In this document: one piece after another, positions 22,796 to 32,889 of the stretch
How positions within the stretch are numbered: position 1 is the stretch's first letter
How the letters are laid out: every line of letters begins with the position of its first letter
Assembly (NCBI GenBank): GCA_033764955.1
Contig: JANRIL010000040.1
Location: 64,001-128,000 of the forward strand
DNA from: Cyanobacteriota bacterium
GTDB lineage: Bacteria > Cyanobacteriota > Cyanobacteriia > Thermostichales > Thermostichaceae
DNA: 64,000 bases
Reading direction: 5' to 3'
Program-made: the position numbers and the translations under genes
The notes under the pieces: model-generated
Database searches by the model: none
Seen by the model: only the letters and a program-made list of their open reading frames with translations
Told to the model about the DNA's origin: nothing

Positions 22796-23407
22796 ATGTC
22801 CCGCTTCACAGGCCCTCGTCTCAAAGTTGTCCGCCGCTTTGGTGGCCTGGATCTCCCTGGTCTGACCCGCAAGCGCCCCAAAAACACCAATCCTCCTGGC
22901 CAGCACGGAGCCGAGCGCAAAAAGAAGTCTGAATATGCGGTTCGTCTTGACGAAAAACAAAAGGTTCGCTTCAACTATGGCATCACCGAGCGGCAGATGG
23001 TGCGCTACATGAAACGGGCACGCCGTTCCACCGGATCGACGGGGTTAGCCCTCCTGCAAATGTTGGAGATGCGGTTGGACTGCATCGTCTTTCGCCTGGG
23101 GATGGCTCCCACTATCCCTGCGGCTCGCCAAGTCGTCACCCACGGACATATCGAAGTGAATGGGCGGAAAGTGACGATTCCTAGCTATGGCTGCCGAGTG
23201 GGAGATGTGATCACTGTTGCCAATCGACCAGTCTCCCGTAAAGTAGTCAGTACCTACGCCGAATATCCCGGCTTGTTTTTGCCCGATTTTCTTGAATTTG
23301 ACAAAAACACCCTCAAAGGTCGTATTAAAGAACTGCCTCCGCGTGAGCAAGTGTCTGCCCCTGTCAATGAACTGTTAGTGGTGGAGTTTTATTCCCGCAA
23401 ACTCTAA
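22796..23407 (+). CDS. rpsD: 30S ribosomal protein S4
   Basis: [21 protein letters not shown] and LLVVEFYSR motifs. Confidence 0.98.
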   Translation: MSRFTGPRLKVVRRFGGLDLPGLTRKRPKNTNPPGQHGAERKKKSEYAVRLDEKQKVRFNYGITERQMVRYMKRARRSTGSTGLALLQMLEMRLDCIVFRLGMAPTIPAARQVVTHGHIEVNGRKVTIPSYGCRVGDVITVANRPVSRKVVSTYAEYPGLFLPDFLEFDKNTLKGRIKELPPREQVSAPVNELLVVEFYSRKL

Positions 23408-23542
23408 GCATTGGCCGCCTAGGGATTGGCCGGGATCCTCCCTGGACATTATGGGTGAGGGATACCGACAAGGGATCCCCTAACATTTGAGTAATCATCA
23501 CCGGAGATCTGTGGATCCCTATGGAGCAAGGGGTTCACTCCC

Positions 23543-23929
23543 TCAGGAAGGCTTTCTCGCAATTTGAGCTTGCCACAGTATCAAAAGGGGAAAAGCTAAC
23601 TCCAGTCCAGTAAAGATCAACATCATGGGACTTGGTATACCTACCTGCCAGATGGAGACTACTCGACCCACTCCACCCAGAAATACAGAAATGCCAATAA
23701 TGCGAAAAAGGCTGGTGTGTTCTTCGATTCGGGGAATAACCCACAAACCAATCATCCCTAGTGAAAGATAATAGCCTGTAATGTAGCGATAATGGCTATC
23801 AAAATCGGGGGTAATACTAGGGTCAGGCAGCCATCTTGATAACCCCTGAGTTATCCCCAGTAGCCCAACCCAAATCGGGATCCCACTGAGTATGGCCAGA
23901 ATAATTTGTAGCCCTCGTTTCATAAGCAA
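23543..23929 (-). CDS. DUF4345-like membrane protein
   Basis: 4 TM helices; DSHYRY..G and FLGGVGR..S....G.P motifs. Confidence 0.75.
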   Translation of the reverse strand: MLMKRGLQIILAILSGIPIWVGLLGITQGLSRWLPDPSITPDFDSHYRYITGYYLSLGMIGLWVIPRIEEHTSLFRIIGISVFLGGVGRVVSIWQVGIPSPMMLIFTGLELAFPLLILWQAQIARKPS

Positions 23930-23990
23930 TGGTTCTATTCCTGCTATTTTTGGCTAATCATTCAAGGAACTGGTTCTTGCCTCTGCCACT

Positions 23991-24518
23991 TTAGGGATCT
24001 TGAGGAGAACGGGGAAGGAAATCGAGCCAGCCTTCGCCCCGTTCTTCCAGAAATTTGGCTAAAAGTCGCCGTTGTTGTGGGTTGAGAATATCTCGTATTT
24101 CCAACATAATTTGGAAGCGGGTTTCCTGCAGTCGTTGTTGCTGTTGCTGCATCACTCGAAACTGATTTTGCAGCTCAGAAGTCGAGACATCCATTGCTAA
24201 GGATTGCCGCAACTGCTGACGGGTTTGGCGGAGGGAGTGTTGCTGTTCTTGGATGGTTTGTTGGTGTTGCCGCCGCAGGGCTTGCATGTCCTGAAGTTGT
24301 TGAGGGGTTAAGCGCAGTTGCCTCAGCCAGCCTGCTTGGGGGGGAGCGAGTCCCGGAGGTGCTTGGGCATTGCCGGGATCCCTGAGTCCTAACGGTTCAG
24401 CCGACTGGGGGGGATCCCCCTGCCCTAAGAATCCTGACCAGCCCTGGCAGCCCAGCGATAGGGATCCCAACCCAATTGCGACCAGAACCGAACATAAACG
24501 CTTCATATCTCTTCTCAT
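23991..24518 (-). CDS. Spy/CpxP-like periplasmic chaperone, predicted lipoprotein
   Basis: SLGC lipobox; two LTPQQ/LNPQQ motifs; Gln-rich helices. Confidence 0.8.
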   Translation of the reverse strand: MRRDMKRLCSVLVAIGLGSLSLGCQGWSGFLGQGDPPQSAEPLGLRDPGNAQAPPGLAPPQAGWLRQLRLTPQQLQDMQALRRQHQQTIQEQQHSLRQTRQQLRQSLAMDVSTSELQNQFRVMQQQQQRLQETRFQIMLEIRDILNPQQRRLLAKFLEERGEGWLDFLPRSPQDP

Positions 24519-24546
24519 CCTTAAACACTAGCGATCCACCCCTGAT

Positions 24547-24945
24547 TCATAAATACTCCGAAGACGCCAACGTAACCTCAGCCCAGTTATCTTCCAAAAA
24601 ATCCTCCAATTCCTGCATCTCAGCCATCTGATAGCGGGTGGTCAGCAGCCAAGGTAAGCCCATAGCCAGGAGCAGACTGGCTGCCGCTAGCACTGGGATC
24701 CCCCATCGGTGGTGCAGGGAGATCCCCCAGATCAGGTTTTTCGGAGGGATTGCCTTAGCTACCCTGTCGGACTGAATGCTCTGAAGAATGCGATCTTCTA
24801 GATCCTTGGTTGCCACGGGAGCCACTGGGGCATAACTACGCAGAAAGGTCAGCCAACGCTGCTCGGATTCAGTCGGATCCAGACCATCCTCAGAATCAAA
24901 GTAGCAGTGGGGTTGTCGAGGGGAACGACGAGAGGGATCAGTCAT
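24547..24945 (-). CDS. Putative membrane-bound anti-sigma factor
   Basis: Overlaps the ECF sigma stop; FLRSYAP.AP....DLEDRIL plus one TM helix. Confidence 0.7.
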   Translation of the reverse strand: MTDPSRRSPRQPHCYFDSEDGLDPTESEQRWLTFLRSYAPVAPVATKDLEDRILQSIQSDRVAKAIPPKNLIWGISLHHRWGIPVLAAASLLLAMGLPWLLTTRYQMAEMQELEDFLEDNWAEVTLASSEYL

Positions 24946-25499
24946 GGTTGGATTCCTGCTTTTTGCAAGTAGGTACGGAGAGCAGCACGGGCATGAAAAA
25001 GGCGAGATTTAACGGTTCCCACTGGGATCTTAAGGATATCGGCAATGGCTTTCTGGGGTTGTTCCTCCAGATCGTGCAGGACAAGCACACTTCGATGTTG
25101 CCAACTCAACTGAGCCAATCCCTGCTGCAAAACTTCTTGATAGTGCCTTTTCATCAGATCCGGAGCCTCCTGCTGAAGGGGAGCAATCCGCCCCAACACC
25201 TGCACCTGTTGACGCTGTTGAGCAAAGCGCCGACGCTGATCACAGGCCACATTCCAGGCAATCCGATAGAGCCAAGTGGAAAACTGAGCCGATTGCTGAA
25301 ACTTGGGTAAGCCTCGCCACGCCCGCAAAAACACCTCCTGCACCAGATCATCCAAATGGGTAGCTCCCGCCAGTTGAAACAAAATCGATCGAACTCTTGC
25401 CTGGTGGCGCTGATACAGTTGCCGAAAGCTGCGGGGATCCCCCTCCAGACAAGCCTGTACCAAAGCCAGATCGTCATTCACCTCGGTTTGGCTGGCCAT
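24942..25499 (-). CDS. ECF-type RNA polymerase sigma-70 factor
   Basis: DDLVQEVFLRAWRGL..F, FSTWLYRIAWN and GTVKSRLFHAR. Confidence 0.92.
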   Translation of the reverse strand: MASQTEVNDDLALVQACLEGDPRSFRQLYQRHQARVRSILFQLAGATHLDDLVQEVFLRAWRGLPKFQQSAQFSTWLYRIAWNVACDQRRRFAQQRQQVQVLGRIAPLQQEAPDLMKRHYQEVLQQGLAQLSWQHRSVLVLHDLEEQPQKAIADILKIPVGTVKSRLFHARAALRTYLQKAGIQP

Positions 25500-25654
25500 A
25501 GCGATTTAATCCTGCCGCCTCAGCATACCCACACCTCCTTATTCCAGGCCAGTTACCGATTAGACCGTCGAGGAGGGGGAAGGGTTCAACGGGAGGAGAT
25601 AGGGGATCCCAAAAAGCGGCTCGCCCTGACGTTTTCGTGACTGGCGGCGACTGG

Positions 25655-26770
25655 CTACTGGCTGAGGCGAGTGCGGATAGCGACTGCATCCAATGCCTTC
25701 CCGATCACCACCAACTGGGTTACTTTGGCCTCACCGACTTGCCAAGGACGGTCATAAAACCAGTCAAATCGTTGTCCAACTCCCTGCACCACCAACCGCA
25801 TCGCTTTGTCGGGCACCACAACAAATCCCTTAATCCGATAGATTTCCTGCTCCTGAACAAGGATTTTCAGGCTGTCGATCAGGGCTTCCGGCTGAAAGCT
25901 TTGGGGTAATGTCAGAGGAATTGACTGAATCGTCTGGTCATGATCATGGTCTTCATGCTCATGATCATGCTCGTGACCACCCCAGCGCTGCTCAAGATCG
26001 GCTTCTGCTGCCGCCAGCAAGCCCATCCAGACGGGCGGAGGCACCTGCCCATTCCGCGAGGAAAGAATTTTCACCCCTGGGCGAACTTGGGGGACTAGCC
26101 ACTGATGCACCCGCTCTAGAGTGATCGGGTCGAGGCGATCCCCTTTGCTGAGCAAGACCAAATCGGCACAGGCCAGTTGATCCTCAAACAGTTCCTCTAG
26201 GGGCGTCTCATGATCCAAACTGGGATCCGCTTGCCGTTGCGCCATCAACGACGGCAGATCCGCCGCCACTGATCCCGTTGCCACCGCTTCCCCATCCACC
26301 ACCGTAATCACCCCATCCACTGTGGCGGCATGACGAATCTCAGGCCAGCGAAAGGCTTGTAGCAAAGGCTGGGGCAGAGCCAAGCCGGAGGTTTCAATGA
26401 CAATCGCATCCAGCCGATCCCGCTGTTCCAGTAGATATTGCATGGTGGGCAAAAACTCCTCCTGCACCGTGCAGCAAAGGCAACCGTTGGTCAGTTCCAC
26501 AATCGGCAAGGAAGGGGAAAGGGATCCCTGGGTTTGTTCCTGCTCAACCTGACCGTCCTGACAAATGCCACAGTTATCTTGGCTAGCATCTTGGCTGGCT
26601 CTCAGCAAATCTCCATCAATGCCAATCTCCCCAAACTCATTGACCAGGATGGCGATCCGCTTGCCCTCGTTATGGAGCAAAAGGTGGCGCAACAGGGTGG
26701 TCTTGCCACTCCCTAAAAAGCCTGTCACCACCGTTACGGGAATTTTGGCTGCCATCGCCCATCCTACCAA
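25655..26770 (-). CDS. cobW: Cobalamin biosynthesis GTPase CobW
   Basis: KIPVTVVTGFLGSGKTT, ELTNGCLCCTVQEEF, DHETPLEELFEDQL and His-rich linker. Confidence 0.92.
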   Translation of the reverse strand: MVGWAMAAKIPVTVVTGFLGSGKTTLLRHLLLHNEGKRIAILVNEFGEIGIDGDLLRASQDASQDNCGICQDGQVEQEQTQGSLSPSLPIVELTNGCLCCTVQEEFLPTMQYLLEQRDRLDAIVIETSGLALPQPLLQAFRWPEIRHAATVDGVITVVDGEAVATGSVAADLPSLMAQRQADPSLDHETPLEELFEDQLACADLVLLSKGDRLDPITLERVHQWLVPQVRPGVKILSSRNGQVPPPVWMGLLAAAEADLEQRWGGHEHDHEHEDHDHDQTIQSIPLTLPQSFQPEALIDSLKILVQEQEIYRIKGFVVVPDKAMRLVVQGVGQRFDWFYDRPWQVGEAKVTQLVVIGKALDAVAIRTRLSQ

Positions 26771-26843
26771 TCAGGGCTTTTATCCTAGCAGGTTGGGTGT
26801 GCCTCCCCCTTGGCTAGTCGTGGGTCAGTTAGGCTCGATACCC

Positions 26844-27764
26844 CTAATGATCTGGGTTGGCTTTGAAAACGACCAAGACTACCCCCGACAGAATGACCAG
26901 CATCCCCAGCCATCCCATCGAACTGAGTTGTTCTCCGGCTAGGGCAATTCCTAGCATGACAGCCACCACTGGATTGACATAGCTGTAGCTGGTGGCGAGG
27001 GAAGTTCTGACATGGCGCAGCAGGTAGGTATAAGCGCTGTAGCCTACCAGGGATCCAAAAATGATCAGATAAACCATCGCCAGCAACGGGATCCCAGTCG
27101 GGAAGTGGGTGAGGCGCTCCCCCCGCAGACCACCGATCAGCAGCAATACCAAACTCCCCCCCAGCATCTGCGCGGCACTCGACATCATCCCCCCTGGCAG
27201 GGGCAAGTGCCGACTCCAAACGGATCCCAGTGCCCAACTCATGGCGCAGCCGATCAGCAGCAGTGCCCCGCCGGGGTTGGCTTGCAGATTCCCCTCCAGA
27301 TTGAGGAACCCCACTCCTAGCAACCCAATCGCCATTCCCAACCACTCACGGCGACTAGTGGGATCCCCCCAGAGGCGGGCAAACAGGGCGGCCCAGAGGG
27401 AGGTGGTGGCGATAATCAAAGAGGCCAATCCAGTATCTACCCACTGTTCGGCGTAGGCTAAGCCGCCATTGCCGAGGGCTAACAACAAGCTCCCCACCAG
27501 GAGAGAGCTTCCCCATTGGGGGAGAGTAGGGGAAGGGGATCCCTGCCAGCGTGACCAGCCATAGAGCAAACTGCCCGCCACCATAAAGCGCAGCCCCATC
27601 AGGGTGAAGGGGGGGAAATCGTGGGTAGCGATGGCAATCGCCAGGTAGGTGGATCCCCAGATAAAGTAGAGAACAATCAGGCAAAAGATGACCGTGGGAC
27701 GATGGGGTAGAGGCGGCTCAGTCCTGGTAACGGGGGCGGTCAAAAGGGGACTTTTGGTATCCAT
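26844..27764 (-). CDS. EamA/DMT family exporter (YedA-like)
   Basis: IWGSTYLAI, YLIIFGSLVGYSAY.YLL and SYSYVNPVVAV. Confidence 0.9.
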   Translation of the reverse strand: MDTKSPLLTAPVTRTEPPLPHRPTVIFCLIVLYFIWGSTYLAIAIATHDFPPFTLMGLRFMVAGSLLYGWSRWQGSPSPTLPQWGSSLLVGSLLLALGNGGLAYAEQWVDTGLASLIIATTSLWAALFARLWGDPTSRREWLGMAIGLLGVGFLNLEGNLQANPGGALLLIGCAMSWALGSVWSRHLPLPGGMMSSAAQMLGGSLVLLLIGGLRGERLTHFPTGIPLLAMVYLIIFGSLVGYSAYTYLLRHVRTSLATSYSYVNPVVAVMLGIALAGEQLSSMGWLGMLVILSGVVLVVFKANPDH

Positions 27765-27855
27765 AATCCCCGTATGATAGACGGGATCCCCCTCCTGCCC
27801 ACCGTCTTTCTGCACAGTTCCCCTAGCCAACGATTCTCATCCAGCACGCTTTCTC

Positions 27856-28161
27856 ATGAATCCGCAGGAGCTACAAGATAAAGCTTGGCTGGGGGATGCG
27901 GTTCTTTCTTTGTATGCGCGGGAGTGGTTGCTCCGCCATCCTCTCGATTCGGATCTGACCCGCAGTCAGTTGTTTATTCGCATGACCTCCAATAACTTTC
28001 TGTCAGGCTTAGGGGATCCCACTCGCATCGAAGCCGAAATCGGTCTGATCTATGAACAGCAGGGGTTGACGGCAGCCTTCCAGCACATTCAAGAAAAGAT
28101 TTTGCCTTTGTTTCTCCGGCAGATGGCGAAGCGGCAGCGGGGACTACGGGGATCCCGATAA
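27856..28161 (+). CDS. Small RNase III-domain-like protein
   Basis: AWLGDAVLSLYARE RNase III signature, SN.FL and EA.IG; only 101 aa, no dsRBD. Confidence 0.7.
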   Translation: MNPQELQDKAWLGDAVLSLYAREWLLRHPLDSDLTRSQLFIRMTSNNFLSGLGDPTRIEAEIGLIYEQQGLTAAFQHIQEKILPLFLRQMAKRQRGLRGSR

Positions 28162-28327
28162 CCCTAGCTTCCTCCATCCAAACCCCCAGCTCTATCTATC
28201 AAGGAGATAAAAGCATAAGGATGCTAATAATAACAAGAGTCATCTTTCTCTGAGGGCTGAGATTAAATCCACTGCCATCGGAAAGGCAGACGGAGCCACT
28301 TCTTTTGATTACTATGAGTACCTATTC

Positions 28328-29248
28328 ATGTCTACTTTAATGGCCAGCCATTTGCATAAAACCTATCGCTCTGGTCGGCAGCGCATCACCGCTGTTAATG
28401 ATGTATCACTGACCCTCAAATCCGGTGAAATTTTGGCCTTTCTGGGTGCCAATGGAGCAGGCAAAACTACCACGGTCAAGATGATTGCCGGACTGATTCG
28501 ACCGGATCGGGGACAGGTGCGGATAGAAGGTAGGGATCCCTATCAAGACACCTCTGTTTTGGGATGGTTAGGAGCAGTTTTAGAAGGAAACCGCAATCTT
28601 TATTGGCGGTTGACTCCAATACAAAATCTAGAATATTTTGGTGTCTTGAGGGGGCTAAGCCAGAGAGTTTCTCGTCAACGGGCTGAGCAATTACTCGATC
28701 AATTTCAGCTAGCCCATAAACGACAAACCCCTGTGGAAAAGTTATCGCGGGGGATGCAACAAAAGGTTGCCATTGCGGTGGCATTGATTCATCATCCCCC
28801 TCTGTTGCTGCTTGATGAACCCACATTGGGATTGGATGTGGAATCAACCCAGCAGATCAAATCTCGTATCCGCGAAATTGCTAACGCCGGACAGTCCATT
28901 TTGCTAACCACCCATCAGCTTGATATGGTGGAGACCCTGGCGGATCGGGTTTCGATTATTCATCGGGGAGAGATTATTGTAGAATCAACTCCCAAACAAC
29001 TCATTCAACAGTTTTCTAGTGCTACCTATCGCATTGAATTGGCAGAACCTTTAGATACGGAACGGATGATCAAGCTGCAATCCTCACAAGTCACAATTAT
29101 TGACACACAAACCATTTCCTTTGCTCACACCCCTGAGAAGCTGTACCAAACCCTAGATATTCTCCGTCCTTTGCCTCTGATTCTTGTCAAAAAAGAGGAG
29201 GCCGACTTAACCCAAGTATTTTTGAAATTGGTGCGGGATCATGATTGA
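28328..29248 (+). CDS. ABC transporter ATP-binding protein (exporter type)
   Basis: GANGAGKTT Walker A, LSRGMQQK signature and LLLLDEPT Walker B. Confidence 0.95.
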   Translation: MSTLMASHLHKTYRSGRQRITAVNDVSLTLKSGEILAFLGANGAGKTTTVKMIAGLIRPDRGQVRIEGRDPYQDTSVLGWLGAVLEGNRNLYWRLTPIQNLEYFGVLRGLSQRVSRQRAEQLLDQFQLAHKRQTPVEKLSRGMQQKVAIAVALIHHPPLLLLDEPTLGLDVESTQQIKSRIREIANAGQSILLTTHQLDMVETLADRVSIIHRGEIIVESTPKQLIQQFSSATYRIELAEPLDTERMIKLQSSQVTIIDTQTISFAHTPEKLYQTLDILRPLPLILVKKEEADLTQVFLKLVRDHD

Positions 29249-30014
29249 GTTGTTGAAAGCGGAGCTAAAGCGCACATGGATTCAGTCTACTCGTTATCCC
29301 TTGGAGGCCTTGGGACGCATTTTTATTACTACCTGTTTTTTTTATGCCCTGTTTCTGGGATCCAAATACATCGCAGAACCTCCGGCCTCTTTTGGCAATC
29401 GTTTGGATAGTATCGTGATTGGCTATATTTTATGGACACTGGTTATTTTTATTGTCAATGATATTGCCATCACCCTACAAATTGAGGTGCAAACCGGAAC
29501 TCTCCAACAGGTTTTACTCTCCCCTTATGAGCCAGTTAAAATTTTTTTGGCTCGCGCCTTAGCCAGTTTACTGTTAAGACTGACAACCATTATCACCATT
29601 TTGCTAATCATCTTGGTTTTAACAGGTAGCCAACTGGCTTTTCCAATTTCGCTCCTGTTGCCGCTTCTGAGTGTCATTTTAGGAGCCTATGGTCTGGCTT
29701 TTATGATGGGATCCCTAGCGGTTTTATTGAAGCGTATTCAACAACTGTTGGTGATTCTGCAATTTGGGTTGCTGTTTCTTTTGGCAACCCCCATCGAAGA
29801 CTGGCAAGGGATCCCTGCCCTGCTGGGGCTATGGCTGCCGATGACTGCCGGGGCGGGTTTACTCAGACAGGTAATGGCGCAGGGTATGGCGCTAGACGGA
29901 TTCCGTGCGGGGTTGGCCTTATTAGTGGGATTACTCTATTTCATTGTGGGGTTGGCTTGCTTTCGTTGGGCGGTCAATCATGGCAAGCAACAGGGAAATC
30001 TGGGAACCTACTAG
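29241..30014 (+). CDS. ABC-2 type permease
   Basis: 6 TM helices; EVQTGTLQQVLLSP; overlaps the ATPase stop. Confidence 0.9.
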   Translation: MIELLKAELKRTWIQSTRYPLEALGRIFITTCFFYALFLGSKYIAEPPASFGNRLDSIVIGYILWTLVIFIVNDIAITLQIEVQTGTLQQVLLSPYEPVKIFLARALASLLLRLTTIITILLIILVLTGSQLAFPISLLLPLLSVILGAYGLAFMMGSLAVLLKRIQQLLVILQFGLLFLLATPIEDWQGIPALLGLWLPMTAGAGLLRQVMAQGMALDGFRAGLALLVGLLYFIVGLACFRWAVNHGKQQGNLGTY

Positions 30015-30318
30015 GTTGTGTTGATCTTTCGCTTTCACTGCTCAATTTCGTCATATTTTTGGGCATCCGTTGGTCGTTTTTTTCATCCCTAGAGCTACTC
30101 TCTAAGTCTTGCCATAGTCTAAAATCCCGCTTCATCATCTCGACTTACCCCTGCTCCATCCGCCAGGGATCCCCAAGTTCCTTGAAGTGTGTTCAAGAAT
30201 ACCTCAGCTTTTGTGCTCTATTAAGAATTACCACAGTTTTTTTTCAAAGAGTACCTGAGTCTGATACCTTGTGGGCAGTTCAGAAAAGTCTCTGATTTCT
30301 TCAACTCATTTTCTAAAG

Positions 30319-32889
30319 ATGGGATCCCTTTTCCGCAGAATGACTCACTATTTGTTGTTGGGATCCCTATTGTTGGGTTTGCTTGCCTGTGGCTCAGACA
30401 CCCCCAGTACCCTAACCACTCCAGGGGATCCCGATACCACTCAGGTTTGGTTTGAAGGGGATCCCACGACTTTTGACTCGACCGATGCCGCCATTGCCTT
30501 TGGGATTGCGGTGCTCAAAGAGCCTCCCAACTCAATAGCCAATCCTGTCAATGACCAAATTCGGGTGGAGGTGGAAAGTCGGTTTGGTATTTCTCTGAGT
30601 GAGCAACAACTCAATAGCAGCAATGGCTTTGTCTTGGCTGCTGCCGATTTGGATGGCAATGGTCAGGTTAATTCTCAAGATGCGGCGGTGGCCTTTGCGG
30701 TGGCGGTGCTGCGAGAACCTCCCAACAATGTTGCTTGCCCATCTAAGGTGCAGGTGCAAACGGAGGTGGAGAGGCGATTTGGATTCTCGGTCACCTTACT
30801 CAAACCGATTCCTTGTTCGGGATCCGCATTCCCCCCAGGGATCCCTAGTCCTGATGTGACACCCAGTGCAGAAGCAAGCGAACCACCCACCGGAACCATT
30901 CAAATTATTGGTGTGGAGGACAAAGATGGGATCCCGCTCACCATAGGCGAGACTCTTAGGTTAGAAGCGGTGGCTATCGATGCTGAGGGCAGGGATATTT
31001 CTCAGTGGATTGAGTGGCGCAATCCTCAAAATCAGGTGATGGGGAGAGGAGCCGTTCTGGATTATCCAGCCAATAGTGTGGTCATGGAAACTCTGACGGC
31101 GCAAATCGGGGAAGACCAAAGTAAAGCTCAGACTGGGATGGCTTCAGCCAGAGTCAGTTTTACGGTGTCTACACCAGAGGCGGTGATTGCTCCCCATGTC
31201 AAAGTCTTGCCAGAACAAGCGCAAGAACAGATTTTGCTGCTCGATTTTGAGAAGGGGTTGCTGCAACTAGCCGACATCTCTGCTCTGCCGACACTGCGAG
31301 TTGGGGATGTCGTGTTGGGGGCTGGAGTCGAAATTCCTCCCCATCGGATTAGCCAAATCGAGGCTCAAGATGGCACCCTCTCCTTGACCATGCAGCCTGC
31401 TTATCCGCAAGAGGTGATTAGGCAAGGAAAGATTTCCCAATGGCAGCAGGTGAGGCTTGATAGTCAAGGCAAGCTGGAAGCACGCTCTCCCCTCACCGCC
31501 AAAGCAGGCTGTGCCGGAGCTATCACCAAAAGCCTCGACCTGCCGATCTATTCCCAAGCAGCGGTGGGAGTGGGTGTGCAAGTCAACAATTCAGTCAATG
31601 GGTTTCAGGCGGTAGAGAGTCAACTGACCACCAGTTTAGAGGTGAGAGGAATTGCTGAGGTTAGTCTATGTCCTGTATTTGAGCCACCCACGATTGAGTT
31701 TAACGAAGAGGGGAATCTCTTTTCGGGTATCCGCCGTTTTGCGATGGGGGCAGGGGTAGAAGATATTACGGCACAGGCTTATCTACAAATGCAAGGGTTG
31801 TTGGAATGGGGATTTATCCGGCGGATCCCGACTCCGGCGATTAGTTTGGTGACGACACCCACGTTTTATTTGGGGCAGGTGGGGCCAGTGTCGGTGTGGG
31901 TGAGTTTTGAGGCATTGGGACATTTTCCGGTAGAAGCGGGGGTGAGCTTATCGGCAACGGGAGTGAAATTGGGGGTGGGGTATGGGGGAGGGAGTTATCT
32001 GCAACGGATCACTTATCAGGATGAGGGAGAGAGTGGGAAATGGGAAAACACTTCGGAATCGAGTTTGGGAACATTCAGTCCCATTTTGGAAGGAGATATT
32101 GACTTAGATGGCTATATACAAGTGGGGTTTAACCCAGAGATTGAGACCAGTTTATGGGGATCCCCGCCTGGGTTATCGACAGCGAGATTAAAGCTCTTTG
32201 TTTTGCCGAAGATAGGGCTGAACTTTTATGTGAGGGGGGAGGTTGAGCTACTGCCAGATGAGATTGGGGTGGAGATAGAGCAACCTCAATCGGGCACTAC
32301 ATTGGCAGGGAATGAAAGTATTGCCCTGAGGGCAAGAGCAAGTGGAGATCCAAAGCTGACTTTGTTGGCGGGAGTAGATTTAACCCTCCGCGATGGTTCT
32401 GTAGAAGATGGGTGTTCTTCTTCCTATGGAGCACAAGAAAACCAAGATAATGAGTACACTCTTCTATTAGAAGTGCAACCTTGTTATCTACAACCAAATG
32501 GTCGCCACTGGTTTAATAAAATTAGTGGTAGTAGCCCCTCTAAAGATAAAAATACTGTAATGATGCCCGACATAGATGTTTATAATGATGTGTCAGAAAT
32601 AAATGAGGGAAAGACACCTAAAGTTCAAGGGATTTTTACACTGTCTAATGGGAGAAAATATTCATCTGAAACAACATCAGCAGGATATCGACTTGTACCT
32701 GAAGAAGGCCCAGGTTTCTTTCGGATGGATAGAGGTGCGTATACAGCACTTACCATCATCAAGAAATATCATGGTATTACAGAGGCTGCATTAAATGAAA
32801 TAAACCTAAATCCAGGCATAACAGATAGTCAAAGGGATGAAGCAATTACAGTTTATGAACTTGGAGTGAGCTTAGGAGGCAAGCCCTAG
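30319..32889 (+). CDS. Large predicted lipoprotein with variable C-terminal (candidate toxin) tip
   Basis: LLLGLLAC lipobox; duplicated dockerin-like repeat; Ig-like domain; beta-rich core; abrupt switch to AT-rich sequence after about 32408; followed by a coupled AT-rich ORF. Confidence 0.75.
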   Translation: MGSLFRRMTHYLLLGSLLLGLLACGSDTPSTLTTPGDPDTTQVWFEGDPTTFDSTDAAIAFGIAVLKEPPNSIANPVNDQIRVEVESRFGISLSEQQLNSSNGFVLAAADLDGNGQVNSQDAAVAFAVAVLREPPNNVACPSKVQVQTEVERRFGFSVTLLKPIPCSGSAFPPGIPSPDVTPSAEASEPPTGTIQIIGVEDKDGIPLTIGETLRLEAVAIDAEGRDISQWIEWRNPQNQVMGRGAVLDYPANSVVMETLTAQIGEDQSKAQTGMASARVSFTVSTPEAVIAPHVKVLPEQAQEQILLLDFEKGLLQLADISALPTLRVGDVVLGAGVEIPPHRISQIEAQDGTLSLTMQPAYPQEVIRQGKISQWQQVRLDSQGKLEARSPLTAKAGCAGAITKSLDLPIYSQAAVGVGVQVNNSVNGFQAVESQLTTSLEVRGIAEVSLCPVFEPPTIEFNEEGNLFSGIRRFAMGAGVEDITAQAYLQMQGLLEWGFIRRIPTPAISLVTTPTFYLGQVGPVSVWVSFEALGHFPVEAGVSLSATGVKLGVGYGGGSYLQRITYQDEGESGKWENTSESSLGTFSPILEGDIDLDGYIQVGFNPEIETSLWGSPPGLSTARLKLFVLPKIGLNFYVRGEVELLPDEIGVEIEQPQSGTTLAGNESIALRARASGDPKLTLLAGVDLTLRDGSVEDGCSSSYGAQENQDNEYTLLLEVQPCYLQPNGRHWFNKISGSSPSKDKNTVMMPDIDVYNDVSEINEGKTPKVQGIFTLSNGRKYSSETTSAGYRLVPEEGPGFFRMDRGAYTALTIIKKYHGITEAALNEINLNPGITDSQRDEAITVYELGVSLGGKP
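32082..32408 (+). repeat. Direct repeat copy 1 (pre-tip homology arm)
   Basis: CATTTTGGAAGGAGATATT...CGATGGTTCTGTAGA matches 33723-34049 with about 16 mismatches by manual count. Confidence 0.95.
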
